Source: Octopus bimaculoides (taxonomy: Eukaryota). Taken from it: a stretch of DNA of 64,000 bases. The stretch is taken from contig NC_068984.1 of assembly GCF_001194135.2 (NCBI RefSeq), positions 135,521,030-135,585,029 on the forward strand, given 5' to 3'. Shown one piece after another: positions 51,582 to 64,000 of the stretch. Numbering within the stretch: position 1 is the first letter of the stretch; every line of letters starts with the position of its first letter. A program made the position numbers and the translations under genes. The notes beneath the pieces were generated by a model that was not told the DNA's origin, did no database searches, and saw only the letters and a list, made by a program, of their open reading frames with translations.

Positions 51582-52513
51582 TAAAAACGTGTCGTTGTCT
51601 ATGTATGTGTGCGTGCGCAAACAAACACAGTACAGTAACGGAGGAGACAAACAAATGAGAAAGAGAAAGCAATAAAGACGATGAGAGATTATAGCGGCTA
51701 CCGCGTCGAGATGAGGCGTGAGGTGCATTGTAAAATCGGAATGAGTGAATAGACTAAGCGTTTCTAGAATGTTTACAGGCTTAAATAATAGAATATAAAA
51801 TAAAAGAAAGGAGAGCGGTAAGCGTCATTAATCTACCTGCTGAAGGCAATGCCAAGCAGCCACCATTACAGATTTGTCAGATCTATTAATAACCCCATAA
51901 TTTTCATATATTGATCGTTTAAACAGAAGCGAGAATTAATTGATTGTTTCAATAAAATGATACGCAAAGCGTAGTATTTTTGCAACTGTAAAAACGTGTG
52001 TGCTATTTACGTATATACGTATATATATATATATATATATATATNNNNNNNNNNNNNNNNNNNNNNNNNNNNNNNNNNNNNNNNNNNNNNNNNNNNNNNN
52101 NNNNNNNNNNNNNNNNNNNNNNNNNNNNNNNNNNNNNNNNNNNNNNNNNNNNNNNNNNNNNNNNNNNNNNNNNNNNNNNNNNNNNNNNNNNNNNNNNNNN
52201 NNNNNNNNNNNNNNNNNNNNNNNNNNNNNNNNNNNNNNNNNNNNNNNNNNNNNNNNNNNNNNNNNNNNNNNNNNNNNNNNNNNNNNNNNNNNNNNNNNNN
52301 NNNNNNNNNNNNNNNNNNNNNNNNNNNNNNNNNNNNNNNNNNNNNNNNNNNNNNNNNNNNNNNNNNNNNNNNNNNNNNNNNNNNNNNNNNNNNNNNNNNN
52401 NNNNNNNNNNNNNNNNNNNNNNNNNNNNNNNNNNNNNNNNNNNNNNNNNNNNNNNNNNNNNNNNNNNNATGTATATATATTTATATACAAATATGTATAT
52501 ATATTAGATATAT

Positions 52514-52878
52514 TTTTATTTATTTATTTATGGGTTTCAGCCAAGTGGCTGTGGTCATGCTGGAGCACCACCGTGATTTTCTGTCCTTATGCTTTGCTCT
52601 CATCACGTTCCTTGCATGGCTTTTCTCCTGCACCTGATATAGTCCAATCAAGTGTTTTGATGGCACATCTGGTGTATAAGAGAATTTGACATCGCTGCCC
52701 TAAACTGTGTCTCATTTCGAGCCATTGGTTCGTCTGCTATCGTGGAGAGGAAAGCGTCGATTTTTGTCTTGAAGACCTCCACATGCGTGTCTTGCAGGTC
52801 TCTCAAATGTTTTGGCAGGGCATTGAAGAGCTGAGGTCCTCTGAAACCGAGGCTGCTGCAGTATCTTGTTCTTATGTA
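52514..52878 (-). mobile_element. 5'-truncated CR1-group LINE with a (TAAA)n tail and a 43-bp target-site duplication
   Basis: Open C-terminus RTRYCSSLGFRGPQLFNALPKHLRDLQDTHVEVFKTKIDAFLSTIADEP...QNT*. The flanks 52469-52511 and 52880-52922 are identical except for one base. Confidence 0.9.
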
Positions 52879-53549
52879 TATGTATATATATTTATATACA
52901 AATATGTATATACATTAGATATATGTATGTAGATATGCATATATACATATATATATATGTATGCATACAGACACACACACAGATATATATATATTAACTA
53001 ATTAATATCAATTTAAACCAGTGACCCAGCATACTTAATACATCCAAAGATTACTACATTTATTATTTAACCTTTAAATAACAATGCTCTCTAACAGGTA
53101 AATTCACTGCGGAAATTTATTAACTGCAGAGTTCTGTCTGGCTTCAGCGCGCCAAAATGAAGACATTTGAGATATACTGTCAAATATAAGTGGCATAACA
53201 TTATACACGTTCTTTTTCGGGATGACGTCTTTTGTATAGTTCTGTGAATTATGTTTTCCATGCAACGGCTGCACTGATGAGCTACGGATATTTACTTTGG
53301 TAAATATTGATAGCGAAATCTAGGGATGTAGCTAAATGCCAAATTTTGTATCTTTTCAATTGCCTTGCTAGTTTTACATTCTACCGTTTGCTGAGATTTT
53401 TTGAGAGAACATTCTTCGTACTCAGACGATTTGGCGTCTTCTTGAAGTCTTCGTGGATATTCCTCCTACATATGTATGTAATATACAACATTCTTTCATT
53501 TGTTTCAGTTATTTCACTGCGGCCATATTTATCTTTCTCTCTCTCTCTC

Positions 53550-53600
<51 letters not shown>

Positions 53601-56203
53601 TTATCATATGTTATTGTATGCTTCTGGGTAAATAAATTTAAACGAAATATAATGCAGATGACATGACAAAGGGGAAACAAATATTATCTATTTGACTTAA
53701 AATACCTGTTTTATATCCAACGTTCTCTGTGTTCAAGGAACAACTGATGTGATGTATGAAGTTTACCTCCATAACGTTCTGTTCAAACCATAAATGTGGC
53801 GTCTAAAACATCTTGAAAAATTACTCATTTAACAAGTGTATAAAATATGGATAAAATACGAGGGGAAAAGATTCTAGAATTTCTTTAGAGTTCATAAACA
53901 GTAATGTATAATGAAAATAACATGGTAGATGTAGTTCTCATAGAAATTGTTATACAAACATCATTTCAAATTATAATTGATTTATAACAACAACATTATT
54001 GCCTTTGGGATAAGATAGGGTAAAGGTATTTGACAAATCGTGCTGGTGTTCCTTTGGCATCAAATTAGTTTGTTTAAATTCGGCGTGAGTGATTGATCTT
54101 TATTGTTGGTGGTTTTCGAGTTTCACTTTTAAATAATTCTAAATGATTTCCCTACAAACAATTCACTGTCTTGGGAATAAAATCTAGGTCACAGTCTGCT
54201 GATGTTTAGTAACTAATACTTTGAATACACTGTCAATATTAACCTTGTAAATATGTGTATGTATGTATGTATGTATGTATGTATGTATGTATGAACGTGT
54301 GTATGTATGTGCTCATACGTACGTACCTACGTATTCATATATGTGTCTATCAATCTACTTATCTATCAATAAGTGTGTGTATATATATATATATATATAT
54401 NNNNNNNNNNNNNNNNNNNNNNNNNNNNNNNNNNNNNNNNNNNNNNNNNNNNNNNNNNNNNNNNNNNNNNNNNNNNNNNNNNNNNNNNNNNNNNNNNNNN
54501 NNNNNNNNNNNNNNNNNNNNNNNNNNNNNNNNNNNNNNNNNNNNNNNNNNNNNNNNNNNNNNNNNNNNNNNNNNNNNNNNNNNNNNNNNNNNNNNNNNNN
54601 NNNNNNNNNNNNNNNNNNNNNNNNNNNNNNNNNNNNNNNNNNNNNNNNNNNNNNNNNNNNNNNNNNNNNNNNNNNNNNNNNNNNNNNNNNNNNNNNNNNN
54701 NNNNNNNNNNNNNNNNNNNNNNNNNNNNNNNNNNNNNNNNNNNNNNNNNNNNNNNNNNNNNNNNNNNNNNNNNNNNNNNNNNNNNNNNNNNNNNNNNNNN
54801 NNNNNNNNNNNNNNNNNNNNNNNNNNNNNNNNNNNNNNNNNNNNNNNNNNNNNNNNNNNNNNNNNNNNNNNNNNNNNNNNNNNNNNNNNNNNNNNNNNNN
54901 NNNNNNNNNNNNNNNNNNNNNNNNNNNNNNNNNNNNNNNNNNNNNNNNNNNNNNNNNNNNNNNNNNNNNNNNNNNNNNNNNNNNNNNNNNNNNNNNNNNN
55001 NNNNNNNNNNNNNNNNNNNNNNNNNNNNNNNNNNNNNNNNNNNNNNNNNNNNNNNNNNNNNNNNNNNNNNNNNNNNNNNNNNNNNNNNNNNNNNNNNNNN
55101 NNNNNNNNNNNNNNNNNNNNNNNNNNNNNNNNNNNNNNNNNNNNNNNNNNNNNNNNNNNNNNNNNNNNNNNNNNNNNNNNNNNNNNNNNNNNNNNNNNNN
55201 NNNATATATAGATATATAGATAGATAGATAGATAGATTAACAGATATAAATTCGTGTTTCAATATGTTGCGTTGCTATTTGTTTCTTTTTCCGGGGATAA
55301 TGCAAATCGTTCAATCCACTTAGAATTGTATGTCGGCACACCGACATAATTCTGAACATATCCGGTTTCACGCCGGTAGTGAATGTGGCATAATATTCAC
55401 CGTTTGAAGAAAAATAATGCTAATTAGATTGTTCTTTTAGTCCTGAGAAATGAGAATAGTACATCTAGTTCCATATTTGTTGAAAGGATAACGAGCGATT
55501 ACTCACTTCTGTATATCAATCCGCCGAAACCACGAATTATATGAAATGTAAGTCAACTTAAGAAAATTTTCGAATGTTACACAACCGTGTAGGACTTGTT
55601 TTCATAACGATTGTATTAATAACTTATAATTTATAGCTAATTATGTATAATGGATCTTATATCACACGTATACCAACAATTACAAGAAAAATTTTGTTCA
55701 TCGTTGTATAAACGTTATTAACATTTATTATCACGAGATTGCTAAACACAGTATCACCTTGAGACACAAACGCAGCGATAAAGCATTTGGGCAGTCATTC
55801 ATGATTCAATGGGCAACTCAAAGCTTGTTACAATTATATTTATATTGTCTCACGTTTCTTACAACTAACTTATATGTATACACACACGACACACATATTG
55901 GGTTTCTAAGGGGGTAATTTCGTTTTTTTTAGTTTGAAATAAAAGTCATTCTTTCAAACAAAGAAAATTATNNNNNNNNNNNNNNNNNNNNNNNNNNNNN
56001 NNNNNNNNNNNNNNNNNNNNNNNNNNNNNNNNNNNNNNNNNNNNNNNNNNNNNNNNNNNNNNNNNNNNNNNNNNNNNNNNNNNNNNNNNNNNNNNNNNNN
56101 NNNNNNNNNNNNNNNNNNNNNNNNNNNNNNNNNNNNNNNNNNNNNNNNNNNNNNNNNNNNNNNNNNNNNNNNNNNNNNNNNNNNNNNNNNNNNNNNNNNN
56201 NNN

Positions 56204-56930
56204 ATTTAATCAATTATATATCTTCCATTTTGTTCGATGAACTTTTGCCATATTTCTGGTAACTTCGTGATTTAGCGCTTACAGAACTTCAGTCAAAAAC
56301 TGAAGTACTTGCGATTTAAGGCCATCCTTCTTATTGATAACTTTACCATTCAAATAATCTTCGAAACTTCGAAATAAATTAAAATCTGATGGTACAAGTT
56401 CTGGACTGTATGGTGGATGTGACATCACTTCCCAACCAAGCTCCAATAATTTTTCACGAGTTAGCAAAGACTTGTGGGATCCTATACGATTTACCGTTTC
56501 TGGCCGTTTTTCTTTGATTGTTTTCTCCAGTTTCATTCGTTGTTGAGAGTAAACATCTCAATTGATCATTTTCTTCCATGGGAGCAGCTCAAAATACGCA
56601 ACACCTTTGTAATCCCACCAAATTGAAACCATGTCATTTTCTTAATGCGATTCAGCTTTCGCTGTTGTTTGTGCTGGTTCATTACCTTTCGACCATGATC
56701 GTTTTCTATTGATGTGATTGTAGACAATCCATTTTGCATCACCGTGATGATTCATTAAAAATATCAGGTCGATTTGATTGCGTTCGAGAAGTATATCGTG
56801 AATATTGATTCGTTGTGTTAAGGGAATTTCTTTCAATTTTTGTGGAACTCAAATATCGAGGTTCTGATGACTCGGCCAAGATGTTAGACCAGTTATGGAA
56901 ATATCTTTGGCATCCCAACACGTGAAACTA
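56204..56930 (-). mobile_element. Mariner (DD34D) transposase pseudogene, 5'-truncated
   Basis: KEIPLTQRINIHDILLERN...GDAKWIVYNHINRKRSW and LGWEVMSHPPYSPELVPSDFNLFRSF. Internal deletions and frameshifts. Confidence 0.93.
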
Positions 56931-57086
56931 GTCGTAACACATAAACATGTGTCTATTAATTAATGTATTAATATATATTTATGCAAAACGCAGATATCTA
57001 CACGCGCACACTCACACACACACACACACACATATATACCCCCAATAAATTTGTTGAGTGCCATTCTATCATTAGTCCACTCACTC

Positions 57087-57122
<36 letters not shown>

Positions 57123-58187
57123 CAAACACAAGAACACGTATATACAGGTATGCACACACACACGTGCACGCACACACGCTCATATATATACATGCATGCA
57201 CGTGCTTGTGTTTGCATAAATTTAGAAACATTTTACACGGTGCTTGAGTGTATGTGTGTGTGTGAGTAAGTGAAGAATTTTATCTAGAGAATACGAGTGG
57301 ATACTTAAGCGAAGCTATTCAGTTCTTACGCAATATACGACTGTGAACGAACACATTATAACCGAAAGGAATAAACGATATGACGTGGATCTTTTGATAC
57401 AAGATCATTTGCTGGAATGCAACATATTGGAAAACTTAAGACAACGGATGCGATTGTACACATACTTACACACATACACACACTTTCATACCTATACCTT
57501 ACTGTTCCCCCCCCCTCTCTCTTTGTATGTCACTGTCAATGTCCTCATATATGTGCGTGCGTGCGTGTGTGTACTTTCTTTGTCTATGGTGCCTAATATG
57601 TTTAACCTCACTGACGTGAAAGTGGAACAAACGGATTTTATCTAACATGTATATATGTCGCTTCATCACAACGTTGGTTTCTAATTATGTGAAGCGATAA
57701 ACGTAAAGTATACTTTTTTTTTTAGAGTATATGGATACGTTAGCAGAAACTGTTACTCAGTAGAACAATTTGTGCAGAATACTTCTCCGTAAAATAATCG
57801 CAATTTATTTCTTAATTTTTTCTTCTTACCTTTTATTCTGTCTAAAAAAATCCAGGNNNNNNNNNNNNNNNNNNNNNNNNNNNNNNNNNNNNNNNNNNNN
57901 NNNNNNNNNNNNNNNNNNNNNNNNNNNNNNNNNNNNNNNNNNNNNNNNNNNNNNNNNNNNNNNNNNNNNNNNNNNNNNNNNNNNNNNNNNNNNNNNNNNN
58001 NNNNNNNNNNNNNNNNNNNNNNNNNNNNNNNNNNNNNNNNNNNNNNNNNNNNNNNNNNNNNNNNNNNNNNNNNNNNNNNNNNNNNNNNNNNNNNNNNNNN
58101 NNNNNNNNNNNNNNNNNNNNNNNNNNNNNNNNNNNNNNNNNNNNNNNNNNNNNNNNNNNNNNNNNNNNNNNNNNATATATATATATG

Positions 58188-58219
<32 letters not shown>

Positions 58220-58519
58220 TGTGTGTATGGGTGGGTGGGTGTATGTAGACATACACAATGCTCATATATAAGTATATATTTTGATGCGAAATCGTTTACC
58301 GCTTGTTTTCAACAGACGCTTTACTTTGAACATTTGATTTAAAAGAACAGCAATAACGTTGAAAGACAAAGATTAAAAAAATAAGTATACACACACATAT
58401 AAATATATATAAATATACGTGTGTGTGTGTCTGTGTGTGGTTGTACAAAAAACATACAAACACAAGAGCATCTCCATATCTTGTGTGTGAACTATCCTCT
58501 TCTACTCAATGTAAATGAC

Positions 58520-58710
58520 CCGAAGTTTTTGAAGAGGCGGCCAGTCGATTAGATCGACTTCAGTATGAAACTGGTACTTAATTTATAGACCTGAAAGGAT
58601 GAAAGGCAAAATCGATCATGACGGAATTCAAACTTAAAACGTAAAGAGAAACGAAATACCGCTAAGTATAACTTCCCGGGCGTGCTAACGTTTCTGCCAG
58701 CTCACCATCT
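58520..58710 (-). mobile_element. SINE (same family as 45690-46100)
   Basis: ...ccagtcgattagatcgacttcagtatgaaactggtacttaatttat...aaataccgctaag...gtgctaacgtttctgccagctcacc. Confidence 0.85.
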
Positions 58711-59431
58711 TCGTGTGTGAATTATTCGCTCATTCTTTGGCCGTGCTTCTGTTTGATTTTTCAATCTCATTATTTCGTATAAAGCCATTCACTCGTTTTA
58801 TAGCATGAATTGACTTGTACGACATCGCTCCTTTCTTCTTCTTCTTCTTCTTTCCTTCCTTCCTTCCCTCCCTCCCTCTCCGCCGCCTCATCTCTCTGCT
58901 GCATTCTCTCTCTCTCTGCCCACCCCCCACTACAACATGACCTGTGTCCATTCCCGGCCGAACGTCCCTTTTTTCGTTTATACGCTGACTTGTTACACCA
59001 CGCTTCTTTCGACCCCTGACTTTCTTCTTTACTTCCAACACCGAGTTCGTTTCTATCACCGATCGCTTTCTTTTTACACCTTTCGTTCTGTCTTTCCATT
59101 TGTCCACTTTCCGTATCAAGTCCTATTGGATATTTTCCCTTGTGTTACTTATACATATGTCTTCTTTTCTCTCAGAGCCGTGCAGCTGTTATTTTCTTTG
59201 TGCCCTGTATATTTATTTTGCACTCTACGTAATATCTTAAAGATTTCAGCTAATTACGGTTAAGTTGTTTAGCTATGCTTGCACCGTTTTATTTCTCCTC
59301 TTCTCATTTTACCATATAAATTCTTTCGCTACCCGCTCGTTTACTACACTCCTTCATTGCTTATCTCTTCATATCTCTCTGTTCAGTCATCTGCCATCCG
59401 TAAATGATTTATTGTTTCCTTAGAATCTAAG

Positions 59432-59500
59432 CAGGGGTTCTCAACCATTTCTTATCTATGAACCCCTTTAATTACTATTTTATTTGGTGGACCCCGTAGC
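59432..59500 (+). mobile_element. hAT/Charlie-type terminal sequence (one end only)
   Basis: CAGGGGTTCTCAACC followed by the subterminal aacccc and ggacccc motifs. No clean partner TIR. Confidence 0.45.
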
Positions 59501-60252
59501 CATTCGATATTTAAAAACTAGCTTTATAGAAACTTCTTTCAAAATTCCTATTTTGTTATTCACACATTAACTTGTATAACTTTGAACTATGAAAGACGTC
59601 TGAGAAAGAAACTCAACTGTTTCTTCCAATGAATATATCTCAAGTAAAATTTTTCCATGGCCCTTCAAATACCATTGTGGGTCCCCAATTTACTACTTGG
59701 TTGCATGGTGCCCTAAAAGTCTTATACTGATCCTTCTTAGGTAGATTACCTTGACCACAGGTGACGTTAGCTTTCAACACACTGACTTTAACGTTCTTCC
59801 ATTTTCCCTCCTTTTCTTCTTCTCTGTCTGTGTTCATTCTTACGCCGTAGAAATCCTCCTCCCTATCACTGCCTTACGTTCCTTTTCTCCTTCCTCTCTT
59901 CCTTCAAACTTTTAAATATATGGAACTAACATATCAACTGCTTCAACCAACCTTCATATAATAAGAAAGACCGGCCTTATTATAATATCCCCACGTTACT
60001 ATATATTGTTTGAATACACATGCTTTTTTGGCATATTCCAACTGTCAATTATGGTTATTATGATAATCACGTAGCTCCGAGGTTCCTCACACGGCTGTTG
60101 AGTTAAGTAATTATAAATTTTCTTCATATTTCTCTGTAATGCTTATGCTCTTTGTAAATATAAATGTTTATATATATGCAAGCGCGCGCCTGTGTGTTTG
60201 TGTGTGTGTGTGTGTAGGCATGTCTGTGTATATGTACGCATGTGTATGCGTG

Positions 60253-60370
60253 CGAAGGCGCGTAACTTATTGCTTAGAGTAATAGGTTCATGATCGTAAA
60301 GGCTTGATTTCCATTCTCCACTGTGGGTTGTGCACTTGAATAAGGCATTTTATTTCACGTTGCTCCAGTC
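60253..60370 (+). mobile_element. Degraded tRNA(Arg)-like SINE head
   Basis: gcgaaggcgcgtaactta...catgatcgtaaaggcttgatttccattctcc...tttatttcacgttgctccagtc. Confidence 0.8.
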
Positions 60371-60782
60371 ACGTTGACATGAGAATCTTGGAGAAAAAGA
60401 ACATGATAATAAAGACAATTTTCAATATCCTTAAATATACATAATTGTCATTGGGAGCCAACCTCGGTGGAGTTTGAACTCAGTGACGTTCCCCAATATC
60501 TGACACTCAAAATGTATATTAGGAGAGTTTACGATTTCTTCAAATGCATTTCTGATATGCAAATGGATAATTTGATAACGAAAAATATTGCCGCTTTGTT
60601 CCTCTGATGTCTTTTGTTCCGTTTGAGAATCAGTCTCTACTCGCTTAAATAATTAATATTATCAATCAATCAATTAACAACTTATAAACTCAATCAACTT
60701 TTGAGGTAACAAATCTAATCGTATACCAAGTACCAGCGTGTCCCTCATCTCTTTCCCACAGACTATCTCATCTTCCTTCTAT

Positions 60783-60826
<44 letters not shown>

Positions 60827-61517
60827 ATATANNNNNNNNNNNNNNNNNNNNNNNNNNNNNNNNNNNNNNNNNNNNNNNNNNNNNNNNNNNNNNNNNNNNN
60901 NNNNNNNNNNNNNNNNNNNNNNNNNNNNNNNNNNNNNNNNNNNNNNNNNNNNNNNNNNNNNNNNNNNNNNNNNNNNNNNNNNNNNNNNNNNNNNNNNNNN
61001 NNNNNNNNNNNNNNNNNNNNNNNNNNNNNNNNNNNNNNNNNNNNNNNNNNNNNNNNNNNNNNNNNNNNNNNNNNNNNNNNNNNNNNNNNNNNNNNNNNNN
61101 NNNNNNNNNNNNNNNNNNNNNNNNNNNNNNNNNNNNNNNNNNNNNNNNNNNNNNNNNNNNNNNNNNNNNNNNNNNNNNNNNNNNNNNNNNNNNNNNNNNN
61201 NNNNNNNNNNNNNNNNNNNNNNNNNNNNNNNNNNNNNNNNNNNNNNNNNNNNNNNNNNNNNNNNNNNNNNNNNNNNNNNNNNNNNNNNNNNNNNNNNNNN
61301 NNNNNNNNNNNNNNNNNNNNNNNNNNNNNNNNNNNNNNNNNNNNNNNNNNNNNNNNNNNNNNNNNNNNNNNNNNNNNNNNNNNNNNNNNNNNNNNNNNNN
61401 NNNNNNNNNNNNNNNNNNNNNNNNNNNNNNNNNNNNNNNNNNNNNNNNNNNNNNNNNNNNNNNNNNNNNNNNNNNNNNNNNNNNNNNNNNNNNNNNNNNN
61501 NNNNNNNNNNNNNNNNN

Positions 61518-61549
<32 letters not shown>

Positions 61550-61867
61550 GCACAGGGAGACTAGTGTACGGTGACTGCAGAAAATGAATGTTGTCAACAA
61601 AAATAATCTACATGGATGTTATTAGAGTTAAGGGGCAATACCAGATTGATGACCTTCTAATAAAAAGGTATGCAGAATGGTGTTCCATGTTGCGTATGAC
61701 TTACACAGTTGAGAGAACGAAAACTTCTTATCCGTAGTTGTATACTGCTTGTGCACAAAGGTGGCGAACGATTATGATCTCAAACCGAGAGGAGATAAAG
61801 TGGGAATGTAGCAGCGTCAGAAGTACATAAACAAACCTAAATGTCGTTTCTTTCTTTTAAATTTTAG

Positions 61868-61937
61868 ACTTTTTAATCAGCGAAATGAACGTGGCTGAAG
61901 CACGTCCTTCATTGTTTGTGGTATCCCATCGTCCTCA
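61868..61937 (+). CDS. Candidate 70-nt exon (xFLISEMNVAEARPSLFVVSHRP)
   Basis: Long pyrimidine tract plus AG at 61867, a single open frame, and donor CA|GTAAAT. Confidence 0.2.
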
Positions 61938-62044
61938 GTAAATATTTCTCTCTGAAAATAAATTCTATTAATGCGATTCAGAATAAACAGACAGCTCATA
62001 AATAGCACACTACTTCATTAAAAGTGTATAAATATGTGTATGTA

Positions 62045-63439
62045 AATATATATATATATATATATGAGTCTGTGTATGTGTGTATATGTATACATATATA
62101 CATATATTTATATGTTTGTGTATATATAAATACGTGTATAATTATATGCTAATGCATGTAAGTACGTACATATGCACACACACAAACACGCACACACATG
62201 TATAGTGTGTACACTCACATGCATGCACATATGTAAAGAAATATATAAATTTATTTGCATATATTCATATGTGTGTGTNNNNNNNNNNNNNNNNNNNNNN
62301 NNNNNNNNNNNNNNNNNNNNNNNNNNNNNNNNNNNNNNNNNNNNNNNNNNNNNNNNNNNNNNNNNNNNNNNNNNNNNNNNNNNNNNNNNNNNNNNNNNNN
62401 NNNNNNNNNNNNNNNNNNNNNNNNNNNNNNNNNNNNNNNNNNNNNNNNNNNNNNNNNNNNNNNNNNNNNNNNNNNNNNNNNNNNNNNNNNNNNNNNNNNN
62501 NNNNNNNNNNNNNNNNNNNNNNNNNNNNNNNNNNNNNNNNNNNNNNNNNNNNNNNNNNNNNNNNNNNNNNNNNNNNNNNNNNNNNNNNNNNNNNNNNNNN
62601 NNNNNNNNNNNNNNNNNNNNNNNNNNNNNNNNNNNNNNNNNNNNNNNNNNNNNNNNNNNNNNNNNNNNNNNNNNNNNNNNNNNNNNNNNNNNTATATATT
62701 TATATATACGTACCTATACATATATGTGCGTGTGTGTGTGTGCGTTCATAGCTGTCTGACTAAATTTGCTTTTTTTAATTAACAATGCAGAAGTTATCAA
62801 GATAATCTCGTAAAATTATTAACCCCTTGTAAAATATCTTCTATTCTCTTTTCAAGTTTTAATATGTCTCATTGCCAGACGAATATGTTAGAAAGCAACC
62901 TAAATTTCCTCTGTGTAAAAATACATCTCATTAACACACCATATCTGCCTAATAATCAGACATATTCTACATATTATTCTAGACATTAATACATAATTTC
63001 TACTATTTTTTCTTTTTTAATATTCTACCTTTACTCACATATGTGTTTTTTCTTACACGAAAATAGCTTAATGAACTAGAGGTTTATGCTGAATCTTTAG
63101 AATTCTACATAGGCTGGATTTATTTTGATTTTATCTTATTATTTATTTCGTTTTTACTGAAAGTATGTTCGGTTACCATGGCAACATGCGCTCTGATAGG
63201 TCGGCTAAGCTGATACCAAATCGATAATGTGTTTATCACAAGGAAAAATCGATTCCTGTGAAGTACAGTGGGTAAGCAAGTAAGAAATTGCTTGATATAT
63301 TAATTACGCTTTTAATAACTCAAAGAAGAGACAGAGTAAGTAGAATAGGTGAATATATGTATATATATACATATATACGCAAAAATGTGTGTGCGTGTAT
63401 ATATAAATATATACATGTACTGGCACATATTGTTCTATA

Positions 63440-63506
<67 letters not shown>

Positions 63507-63850
63507 ATATGTATGTATGTATGTATGTATGTATATATAAATAGATATATGTGTGCATACACATTCACACATATAAACACACACGGACACACACATTAAT
63601 GTAACCACACNNNNNNNNNNTATATATATATATATATGAGTCTGTGTATGTGTGTATATGTATACATATATACATATATTTATATGTTTGTGTATATATA
63701 AATACGTGTATAATTATATGCTAATGCATGTAAGTACGTACATATGCACACACACAAACACGCACACACATGTATAGTGTGTACACTCACATGCATGCAC
63801 ATATGTAAAGAAATATATAAATTTATTTGCATATATTCATATGTGTGTGT
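62045..63850. repeat. ~230-bp exact duplication (62045-62277 and 63621-63850) abutting N-gaps; probable assembly or haplotype artefact
   Basis: Copy 1 ends at a gap and copy 2 starts right after a 10-N gap. The sequences appear identical. Confidence 0.8.
63172..63185. promoter_or_regulatory. RFX X-box (GTTACCATGGCAAC)
   Basis: Perfect match to GTTRCCATGGYAAC. A strong donor GG|GTAAGC follows at 63272, suggesting a first exon. Confidence 0.6.
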
Positions 63851-64000
63851 GGTCTGATAGACATGCGTGTATATAGTTATATAAAACATTTATATATATA
63901 TATAACCATAACTGTATATGTGTCCGTGTTTTTGTACGTATGTAGGGATGGAAAATATATATATATATATATATACATACATATATATATATATATATAT

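Larger units (their letters stand above)
217..63620. other. 20 assembly N-gaps, mostly flanked by (TA)n/(CA)n
   Basis: For example 217-468, 9267-10180, 32415-33350, 43878-44705, 54401-55203 and 60832-61517. Exons could be hidden in them. Confidence 0.98.

Noticed and set aside
57343-57645. 100-aa ORF first taken for an inverted mariner fragment
   Set aside because: No DNA similarity to the 56.2-56.9 kb mariner, and the second half is microsatellite-derived.
58730-59119. 129-aa basic minus ORF
   Set aside because: It derives from pyrimidine-rich simple repeats ((CTT)n, (CCTT)n, (CT)n) and is low complexity.
164-62782. Long ORFs in the track (100-400 aa) rich in X, YI, HT or CV
   Set aside because: They run through N-gaps and (TA)n/(CA)n repeats and are not coding.
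1-64000. CRISPR arrays, rRNA, operon-like or viral modules
   Set aside because: None seen. The short tandem repeats lack unique spacers, and the sequence is eukaryotic repeat-rich DNA.

Overview
AT-rich eukaryotic genomic DNA, most likely from a coleoid cephalopod (Octopus-like). The basis is the tRNA-derived SINE families, very dense (TA)n/(CA)n/(TATC)n microsatellites and 20 N-gaps, most flanked by microsatellites. No long intact ORF exists; the long ORFs in the track are N-gap or microsatellite artefacts. The window is mostly intronic or intergenic and full of transposon debris: Tc1 (14.1 kb), a decayed hAT transposase (17-18.8 kb), mariner copies (22.1 kb internally deleted, 26.0 kb MITE, 56.2 kb), R4/Dong-like and CR1-group LINE pieces, Penelope-like pieces, a Gypsy gag-protease scrap and about a dozen SINEs. 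Gene signals are short, spliced and inferred by eye. They include two 5' exons of a minus-strand gene at the left edge, a head-to-head promoter-like region near 1.1 kb, and a plus-strand exon (6681-6828) resembling the furin site and start of an ADAMTS/reprolysin (M12B) domain, possibly joined to a signal-peptide exon. There are also several orphan candidate exons and a perfect RFX X-box near the right edge. I see no complete novel multi-gene system. The best leads are the M12B-like exon with a possibly minimal propeptide, a young LINE insertion with a 43-bp TSD whose 3' end is shared with the local SINE family, and a perfect 55-bp intronic inverted repeat.
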